Assembly: GCA_041891055.1 (NCBI GenBank) | Contig: CP169074.1 | Coordinates: 1,056,001 to 1,120,000 of the forward strand | Origin: Halorutilales archaeon Cl-col2-1 | GTDB taxonomy: Archaea; Halobacteriota; Halobacteria; Halobacteriales; Afararchaeaceae | Direction of reading: 5' to 3' | DNA length: 64,000 nucleotides | In this document: positions 57,150 to 64,000 of the stretch, piece after piece | Position numbering within the stretch: position 1 is the first letter of the stretch | Layout: each line of letters starts with the position of its first letter | Notes under the pieces: generated by a model | Told to the model about the DNA's origin: nothing | The model's database searches: none | What the model saw: only the letters and a program-made list of their open reading frames with translations | Made by a program: the position numbers and the translations under genes

Positions 57150-59336
57150 ATGGATGGCGAGGGTGCTTCGAGGAGCTACTCTACACATCTAGCTGCGGGA
57201 GTCGTAGGAACCGTAGGTCTCTACCTTATTGAGGCACGCAACTACCTTCTTTTCCACAGCCTCGTCGAGGTATTCAGCATACTCGTGGCGTTCGCCGTCT
57301 TCGTAATCGCGTGGAACACGCGCGAGAACCTCGAAAACCCCTTCTTAGGCGTGATCGGTGTGGGTTATCTCTTCGTGGGCGGAGTCGACCTGTTACACAC
57401 GCTCGCCTACAAGGGAATGGGAGTCTTCCCCGAGGCGGGTGCCGATCTCCCGACACAGCTCTGGATACTCGGGCGGTATCTCGAATCCGTCTCTCTCGTG
57501 GGAGCAAGTCTGGTAGGTTCTGCGCCTTTCCTCAGACTCAGATCCGAGCCGTATGACCCGTCTCTCAGACGTCTCGTGGCTGTCTACGCCGTAGTCGTAG
57601 GTTTAGGTCTCTTCTCAGTACTTGGCTCCGACATCTTCCCGGCGGCGTATATCGAGGGAGAGGGTCTGACACGGTTCAAGATACTCAGTGAGTACGTCAT
57701 CATAGGGCTTCTGGTAGTCGCAGTCGTACTCCTCCATTCGGGAAGGGAGAGACACGACGAGACCCTGTTCAGACTACTCGTAGCGGGAATCGTACTCAGT
57801 ATCGGCTCCGAGATGGCGTTCACACTCTACGTTGGTGTCTACGACATCTCGAACGCAGTCGGACATTTCCTCAAGTTCGGGTCTTTCTACCTCGTCTACC
57901 TCGCCGTGGTCAAGAACGGTCTCACCGATCCTCAGAGGACAGTTTACAGGAGACTCGCACGGAGAGAAGAAGAGGCACGTAAGTTCAAGAAGGCTGTCGA
58001 ACACTCGGGGCACTCGGTTCTGATAGCCGACGACGACGGCGAGATAGAGTACGTCAACCCCGCCTTCGAGAGACTCACGGGGTACGACGAGGACGAAGTC
58101 GTCGGCAGGACGCCTCGTCTCCTCAGGTCAGAAGAACACGACGACGAGTTCTACGAGAGGATGTGGGAGACGATACGGTCGGGTGAAGTCTGGGAGAACC
58201 AGATTACCAACACGAGAAAGAACGGAGAGAAGTACGTCGCTAGCCAGACTATCGCTCCGATTACTTACGACGGCGAGATACGCAGCTTCGTCGAGGTCAC
58301 TAAGGACATCTCGGAGATCAAGAGACAGGAACAGGAAGTTCTCAACAGGTACGAGGCTCTCTTCAACAGCATAGGTGACGCAATACTCGTCTCAGACACC
58401 CAGAGACACGTGGTGAACGCCAACCCGGCTTTCACGGATCTCTTCGGGTACGACCTCGAAGAGATAGAGGGAGAGTCGTCACGTCTCATATACGAAAACG
58501 ACGACGAGTTCGATCAGGTAGGCGAGGCGATACGCAACGAAGATTCGGGCCGTCTGACACGAACCGTGGAGTACCGAAAGAAGTCGGGGCAGAGCTTCCC
58601 GGGTGAGACCACAGTCTTCGAGATCGAGAACGCCGACGGCGAAGTTGCGGGTCTCATCAGTCTGATAACTGACGTCTCCGACCGTGAGAACCGTATCCAT
58701 CAGATACGTGTACTCGACCGGGTTCTACGCCACAACCTCAGGAACGACATGAACGTGATACGTGGACACGCAGAGCTCATACGTGAGAAGGGAGACGGGG
58801 ACGTCACCGACGACGCCGACAAGATCGTAAGCACGGGCGAGAAGCTCCTCGAAACCGTCTCGAAGGAACACGAGATAACTCGGTTTCTGTCGGAGTCGCC
58901 CCCGGTCGAAACGGTGGATATCTCTGAGACAGCCGAGTCAGCAGCCGAGGAGGCAAGGGAGAGATATCCCGACGCCGACGTCTCAGTTGACGCACCCGAG
59001 GACTGTGAGGTACGTGCGACACCCCATATATACGAAGCAGTCTGGGAGCTAGTCGAGAACGCCGTAGTCCACTCCGGGACAGAGTCTACTTCGGTTAGGA
59101 TAGAAGTGGAGGAAGGAGAGGCGACGGTAAGCCTCTCGGTTTCGGACGACGGTTCGGAGATTCCCGAGATGGAGAAAGACGTCGTTAGGGAGATGGAGAC
59201 AGATCCCCTATACCACGGGAGCGGTCTCGGACTCTGGCTAGTCAGCCTGATAGTCAGGGAGTCAGACGGTGTCCTGGAGTTCGGTGAGAGTAGCATGGGC
59301 GGCAGCTCCGTAGTCATAAATCTCCCCAAGCCATGA
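57150..59336 (+). CDS. Membrane sensor histidine kinase (MASE3, two PAS domains, HisKA, HATPase)
   Basis: NYLLFHSLVE.FSI, HTLAYKGMGVF (MASE3); YVNPAF and ANPAF PAS; RHNLRN H-box; ELVENA, DDG, GSGLGL. Confidence 0.9.
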   Translation: MDGEGASRSYSTHLAAGVVGTVGLYLIEARNYLLFHSLVEVFSILVAFAVFVIAWNTRENLENPFLGVIGVGYLFVGGVDLLHTLAYKGMGVFPEAGADLPTQLWILGRYLESVSLVGASLVGSAPFLRLRSEPYDPSLRRLVAVYAVVVGLGLFSVLGSDIFPAAYIEGEGLTRFKILSEYVIIGLLVVAVVLLHSGRERHDETLFRLLVAGIVLSIGSEMAFTLYVGVYDISNAVGHFLKFGSFYLVYLAVVKNGLTDPQRTVYRRLARREEEARKFKKAVEHSGHSVLIADDDGEIEYVNPAFERLTGYDEDEVVGRTPRLLRSEEHDDEFYERMWETIRSGEVWENQITNTRKNGEKYVASQTIAPITYDGEIRSFVEVTKDISEIKRQEQEVLNRYEALFNSIGDAILVSDTQRHVVNANPAFTDLFGYDLEEIEGESSRLIYENDDEFDQVGEAIRNEDSGRLTRTVEYRKKSGQSFPGETTVFEIENADGEVAGLISLITDVSDRENRIHQIRVLDRVLRHNLRNDMNVIRGHAELIREKGDGDVTDDADKIVSTGEKLLETVSKEHEITRFLSESPPVETVDISETAESAAEEARERYPDADVSVDAPEDCEVRATPHIYEAVWELVENAVVHSGTESTSVRIEVEEGEATVSLSVSDDGSEIPEMEKDVVREMETDPLYHGSGLGLWLVSLIVRESDGVLEFGESSMGGSSVVINLPKP

Positions 59337-59413
59337 GACGACTGAGACTATCCATCGCATAGCATAGCCATCGAAGGCTTAAACCCCGGCTACACCATAG
59401 TACCGTCGAGGAG

Positions 59414-59746
59414 ATGGACTGGATTCAGAAGCTTGAGGAAGAGGGCGAGATCACTTCCGAGATACTCGACGAGATAGTACGTGAACACGGCGACAGGGGA
59501 AGACACGCAGTCGAGGCGGTCTCCGAGGGACGCGTGAAGGAGTACCGCGACTTCACAGTCGTCGTCGGCAAGGGAGACGAGTACATAGTCGAGGACGAGT
59601 CGTGTATGTGTAAGGACTACGAGTACAACCTCGACGTCGACGAGGGAGAGAAGTGCTGGCATATCATCGCCGTCGAGATAGCCGAGGCACTCGACGAGGT
59701 CGACGAACACGACATGTGGTACTCCGAGGTGCGCGAGCTAATCTGA
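59414..59746 (+). CDS. SWIM zinc-finger protein
   Basis: CMC.D.........CWH..A. Confidence 0.8.
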   Translation: MDWIQKLEEEGEITSEILDEIVREHGDRGRHAVEAVSEGRVKEYRDFTVVVGKGDEYIVEDESCMCKDYEYNLDVDEGEKCWHIIAVEIAEALDEVDEHDMWYSEVRELI

Positions 59747-59793
59747 GATTTCGTGTCCCTGAGTATAAGTGAGAGGGGCACGAAGACGTCGCC

Positions 59794-61041
59794 ATGGAGT
59801 ACACCGACTACGTCGACGAGGGTTATAGCCCCGACGACTCCGAACTCGTCTGCCGTTATCACGTCGAGCCACACGAAGGTGTGGAGTTCAGACGCGTCGC
59901 GGGTGGGGTAGCGGCGGAGTCGTCTGTGGGTACGTGGGATCCCGACCTCAAGACTATGACAGAAGGAATCGAGGACCTCGCGGCGACGGTCTTCGAACTC
60001 GACGCCGACGCGAACGAGATAGGCGTCGCCTACACGACAGAGGTCTTCGAACCGTCGAGCCTGCCTCAGCTACTCTCGTCGATAACCGGAAACATATTCG
60101 GTCTCGAGGAGATACGACATCTCAGACTCGAAGACGTCGACTTCTCCGAGAGTTTCGTCGAGAGCTTCGAGGGTCCCGAACTCGGTGTAGAAGAGATCAA
60201 GTCGAGAGTCGGTGCCGACGACAGACCCCTGTGTGGTACGATAGTCAAGCCGAAGCTCGGTCTCCGGTCAGACGAACACGCCGATGTCGCCTACGAAGCC
60301 TGGGTTGGAGGTCTCGACCTCGTGAAGGACGACGAGAACCTCACCGACATGGAGTTCAACCCGTTCTACGAAAGGGTCGAGGAGACACTCGAACGTAAAC
60401 GCGAAGCCGAGACCGAGACGGGCGACTCGAAGCTTTACTTCCCCAACATAACCGCACCCGTCTCGGAGATGAAGAGACGTGCCGACGCAGTCGTCGAAAA
60501 CGGCGGAAGCTACGTCATGATCGACATACTCACAGCGGGCTGGTCGGCTCTCCAGGAAATGAGGGAGTACCTCGACGACGGTATCGGAATACACGCCCAC
60601 CGCGCCCAGCACGCCGCTTACACACGTCTGCCGTACCACGGTATCTCGATGCTCTCGGTAGCCAAGTTCGCACGTCTCGCGGGGGTCGACAACCTCCACG
60701 CAGGAGCCGTCCTCGGGAAGATGGAGGCGGACGCCGACGAGATAAGAAGAATTTACGACTTTCTCAGAAACGACTGGTACGGTACTGAGAACGTCATACC
60801 CGTCGCGTCGGGAGGTCTCCATCCCGGAGTCGTCCCCGGTGTCGTCGAAGAGTTAGGTACCGACACCGTAGTACAGGCGGGAGGCGGCGTCCACGCACAT
60901 CCCGGCGGCACGAGATCCGGAGCGAGGGCTCTTAGGGACGCAGTCGACGCCGTAGCCGAGGGGGTCACGCTCGACGATAAGGCGGAGGAGAGTCCCGAAC
61001 TTGCCGAGGCGCTCGGGAAATGGGGGAAGCAGAAGACGTAA
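59794..61041 (+). CDS. rbcL: Form III RuBisCO large subunit
   Basis: AESS.GTW, GN.FG, KPKLG, GG.D..KDDE, HAHRA.H, GKME, SGG.HPG, GGG. Confidence 0.93.
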   Translation: MEYTDYVDEGYSPDDSELVCRYHVEPHEGVEFRRVAGGVAAESSVGTWDPDLKTMTEGIEDLAATVFELDADANEIGVAYTTEVFEPSSLPQLLSSITGNIFGLEEIRHLRLEDVDFSESFVESFEGPELGVEEIKSRVGADDRPLCGTIVKPKLGLRSDEHADVAYEAWVGGLDLVKDDENLTDMEFNPFYERVEETLERKREAETETGDSKLYFPNITAPVSEMKRRADAVVENGGSYVMIDILTAGWSALQEMREYLDDGIGIHAHRAQHAAYTRLPYHGISMLSVAKFARLAGVDNLHAGAVLGKMEADADEIRRIYDFLRNDWYGTENVIPVASGGLHPGVVPGVVEELGTDTVVQAGGGVHAHPGGTRSGARALRDAVDAVAEGVTLDDKAEESPELAEALGKWGKQKT

Positions 61042-61072
61042 GGAAAAGGCGGGTCTACTCTGAGGAACCAAG

Positions 61073-62569
61073 ATGGAGTTCGAAGTAAAGGAGGTCGACC
61101 TCGGAACGCGGTCACCCACGGTCATACTCAACGAGGCGGACGCCGAGGAGCTCGGGGTTCACGCGATGGATCGTCTCCAGATACGTCAGTACGAGGGAGG
61201 ACACCAGACTACGGGTATAGTCGAGGTCACGAGCGGTCTCGTAGAGAAGGGAACTCTGGGAGTAAGCAGACGTCTCAGCTACCTGTCGGGGAATGAGACG
61301 GTCGAAGTCACACTCTCACCGAAGCCTAGCTCTGTCAAGTACATAAAGAAAAAGCTCGAAGACATAGAGCTCGACTCGGCGGAGATCACATCTGTGATAC
61401 GTGACATAGACGAGAACCGACTCAACGATGTCGAGCTCGCGGCGTATGTCTGTGGAACCTTCACAAACGGGATGTCGATAGAGGAAACCATACATCTCAC
61501 CGAGGCTATGACTCAGACCGGCAAGAAGATAGACTGGGACGACGACGTCATCGCCGACAAACATTCGATAGGGGGTGTCTCAGGAAACCGCGTGACTCCC
61601 ATAATTGTACCCGTAGTCGCCGCCGCAGGGGTCAAGATCCCGAAGAACTCATCGCGCGCGATTACCTCGCCCTCGGGAACCGCGGACACAGTCGAGGTTC
61701 TGTGTGACGTCGAGTTCGGTCTCGAAGAGATAAAGGAGATAGTCAAGGAGACCAACGGCTGTATGGTCTGGGGAGGATCAGTCAACCTCTCGCCCGTCGA
61801 CGACAAGATCATACGTGTCGAGAATCCTCTCTCGATAGATCCGCCGGGACAGGTCATAGCCTCGGTTCTCTCGAAGAAGGAGAGTTCGGGGTCGAACCAC
61901 GTCGTTATAGACATACCCTATGGCGAGGGGGCGAAGGTCGAGAGTCTCGAAGGAGCAAGGGAGCTTGCCGACGACTTCAAGAGGGTTGGTAAGCATCTCA
62001 ACATAAAGCTCGACTGTACGATTACGGGAGGCTCACAGCCCATAGGACGCGGGATTGGTCCCGTGTTAGAGGCACGCGACGTCCTCAAGGTTCTCGAAGG
62101 AAAGGGTCCTGAGGATCTCAGAATAAAGAGCCTACGTATCGCCGACATACTCTTCGAGATGTCAGACACCGACGCCGACGCGCGCGAGATACTCGACTCG
62201 GGAAGAGCACTTGAGAAGTTCCGTGAGATAGTCGAGGCTCAAAACGGCGACCCCGAGGTCACTGTCGACGACCTGAGACCCGCGTCACGTAAAGCTGTCG
62301 TGAGCGCAGACAGGTCGGGGATAGTCAAACACATCGACAACAGTCTCATAAGTCAGATAGGCAGACGTGCGGGCGCACCGAAAGACAAGAGAGCCGGGAT
62401 CTATCTCGACAAGAAGGTCGGCGCGAGGGTCGACGAGGGTGACAGGCTGTTTACTATATACGCCGAGAAGGACGAGAAGCTCGAACACGCAAAGCATCTC
62501 GAAGAGACGTCTGAGTCGGAGGCTTTCAGGATCAGGAACAGGGAAGAAGCCCTCGTCGAGAGGGTCTAA
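61073..62569 (+). CDS. deoA: AMP phosphorylase
   Basis: N-terminal double-psi-like domain, DKHSIGGV.GN, K.SSRAITS.SGTAD, ASVLSKK, GAP.DK.AG. Confidence 0.92.
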   Translation: MEFEVKEVDLGTRSPTVILNEADAEELGVHAMDRLQIRQYEGGHQTTGIVEVTSGLVEKGTLGVSRRLSYLSGNETVEVTLSPKPSSVKYIKKKLEDIELDSAEITSVIRDIDENRLNDVELAAYVCGTFTNGMSIEETIHLTEAMTQTGKKIDWDDDVIADKHSIGGVSGNRVTPIIVPVVAAAGVKIPKNSSRAITSPSGTADTVEVLCDVEFGLEEIKEIVKETNGCMVWGGSVNLSPVDDKIIRVENPLSIDPPGQVIASVLSKKESSGSNHVVIDIPYGEGAKVESLEGARELADDFKRVGKHLNIKLDCTITGGSQPIGRGIGPVLEARDVLKVLEGKGPEDLRIKSLRIADILFEMSDTDADAREILDSGRALEKFREIVEAQNGDPEVTVDDLRPASRKAVVSADRSGIVKHIDNSLISQIGRRAGAPKDKRAGIYLDKKVGARVDEGDRLFTIYAEKDEKLEHAKHLEETSESEAFRIRNREEALVERV

Positions 62570-62571
62570 GA

Positions 62572-64000
62572 CTAAGACGCCGACGACGGTTCGACGACGT
62601 ACTTCTCGCTTATAGCGGGATCGAGTAGACGGCTCACAGGGGCGCGGTCGTCGTAGAGTACAGGTGTCTCTGAGGTGTTGGCGTCGACGTCGTGGATGTA
62701 GCCTCTTATCTCGTGGCTCAGATTTACTCCGACGTCTCTGTTTCGGCTCAGACTACGTAGCTCCGACTCCGAGAGACGGTCGGATCTCTTCGTCGCTACT
62801 ATCTCGATGTTCTGAACCCTGTCAGTCTCCGAGGTTCTGAATGCGTACGTCTGTGGAAAGACAGTGTCGAATGTCCTGTACTCCGACCTGTAAAACCTCG
62901 ACGCCTCACCCTCGGGCGCTGCTATGACGTTGGCGAGCATCACTCCGTCGTCTGTGAGCTTCGACCTGACGAGAGATGAGAACTCACGTGTCGTCATCTG
63001 GAAAGGCACCTTATCCTTCCTGTAAGCGTCAACGACGATCAGGTCGTACTCCTTCTGAGTCTCGGAGAGGTAGTCGCGCCCGGGCTGGTTATAGATGTTT
63101 AGACGGTCGGACTCGTTCACGCCGAAGTAGGTCTTGGCTGTCTCTATCACAGCGGGATCTATCTCAACGACGTCGACCTCTACGTCGTCATAGGTCGAGA
63201 CGAACGCCTTCGGACCCGTGAACCCACCCCCGCCTATGAAAAGCACGCGCTTGGTGTCGTTCTGGATAAGAAGAGGGAGATGGAAGTACTTCGTGTAGCT
63301 CCAGACGTGGTGTCGGCGGCTGTCGTTAAGGTAGGTCGCGCTCTGGGGATGTCCGTCGAGGTAGAGAGTACGTACACCGTCTTCGTCGACTACGGTGAGT
63401 CTCTGGTACTCGGTCTGTGTCGAGTAGACGGTATCTCCCGAGAAACGCGTCTCGTCGACTGCGTTCCCGAGAGGTAGTCCCGCGACGACTATGAGGAGTA
63501 CGAATGCTACGGGGAGAAGACTGCCTCTGTCAGGGGGATAGACCGAGATTACTGCTGCCGCCACGAGCATCAGACCGAAGAGGACTCCTATCGCCCTTAT
63601 CGAGAGGCTCGGAATGAGTACGAAGGTCGTGAGAAACGCCCCGAGTATACTCCCGACGGTGCTGACGGCGAAGATGTCTCCCGATGCCTCGCGCGTCTCC
63701 TCCTTCGCGGTTATCTCGGTCGCTATCGGGACTATGCTTCCTAAGAGGTACGACGGAGGACCGAAGAGGACGGCTATCGCGGGGAGCGACTCGAACCTCG
63801 GGGGTAGCGGAAGAAGTTCGAAGACTGACAGGGTCGACTCTCCCGTCGCTATGACTACGGAGACGTAGACGGTCGCAAAGAGGAGTAGACGGAATATACC
63901 GTAGTACGACGCCTCGGATCTCCTGCCTCCGCGGTAGTATCCGAGGCTGAGACCCGTGAGGAAGACACCGATTATGCTTCCCCACGTGTAGATACTGCTT
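62572..64000 (-). CDS. Fused membrane domain / spermidine-synthase-like SAM-fold protein (5' end outside window)
   Basis: Frame stays open to the window edge (SSIYTWGSIIGVFLTGLSLGY..GG; ST.GSI.G.F); C-terminal YQ, IGGGG, VEIDP.V, DAY. Confidence 0.85.
   Translation of the reverse strand, partial: SSIYTWGSIIGVFLTGLSLGYYRGGRRSEASYYGIFRLLLFATVYVSVVIATGESTLSVFELLPLPPRFESLPAIAVLFGPPSYLLGSIVPIATEITAKEETREASGDIFAVSTVGSILGAFLTTFVLIPSLSIRAIGVLFGLMLVAAAVISVYPPDRGSLLPVAFVLLIVVAGLPLGNAVDETRFSGDTVYSTQTEYQRLTVVDEDGVRTLYLDGHPQSATYLNDSRRHHVWSYTKYFHLPLLIQNDTKRVLFIGGGGFTGPKAFVSTYDDVEVDVVEIDPAVIETAKTYFGVNESDRLNIYNQPGRDYLSETQKEYDLIVVDAYRKDKVPFQMTTREFSSLVRSKLTDDGVMLANVIAAPEGEASRFYRSEYRTFDTVFPQTYAFRTSETDRVQNIEIVATKRSDRLSESELRSLSRNRDVGVNLSHEIRGYIHDVDANTSETPVLYDDRAPVSRLLDPAISEKYVVEPSSAS

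Noticed and set aside
59794-61041. RuBisCO-like protein (form IV) or Calvin cycle
   Set aside because: The catalytic motifs are retained and the gene is linked to AMP phosphorylase; no phosphoribulokinase or small subunit is in the window.
5136-62615. Many long alternative-frame or antisense ORFs (for example 5136-6011, 12005-12892, 29262-30074, 33290-34408)
   Set aside because: Ser/Arg-rich or Val/Leu-rich shadows expected from GC-rich, GAC/GAG-biased coding; each overlaps a well-supported gene.

Overview
This 64-kb window is GC-rich and gene-dense, with strongly acidic proteins and haloarchaeal gene families, so it is a haloarchaeal (Halobacteria) chromosome segment; the exact lineage cannot be fixed from sequence alone. 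Most of it is housekeeping: trm1, lactate utilisation (LUD) genes, aconitase, the A-type ATP synthase operon (atpHIKECFABD), mdh, two VapBC-type toxin-antitoxin pairs, and a tetrapyrrole cluster (sirC, hemH, hemY, hemL, hemC, SUMT, hemD) containing HemAT and a HalX response regulator. It also holds panE, an Mrp antiporter operon, an FNT channel, tRNA-Lys(UUU), a Wtp-type W/Mo ABC transporter with Tfx, glmM-nop5-fibrillarin-mptG, gch3, an ArcE/cDPGS-like ligase, tRNA-Ser(UGA), a MASE3/PAS kinase, form III RuBisCO and AMP phosphorylase. The most interesting part is an AT-richer, TnpA-less IS200/IS605-family element of about 1.75 kb (24348 to about 26096). It carries a compact TnpB with a rearranged RuvC catalytic site and a divergent 50-aa AbrB/DUF2080-like gene missed by the ORF track, with a candidate operator between them. 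A structured tnpB 5' leader of about 95 nt contains a canonical kink-turn and an alternative hairpin that would hide the Shine-Dalgarno (SD) sequence, like a riboswitch. Periodic palindromic cassettes sit inside both end hairpins. All assignments come from motif reading by eye; no searches or folding programs were run.
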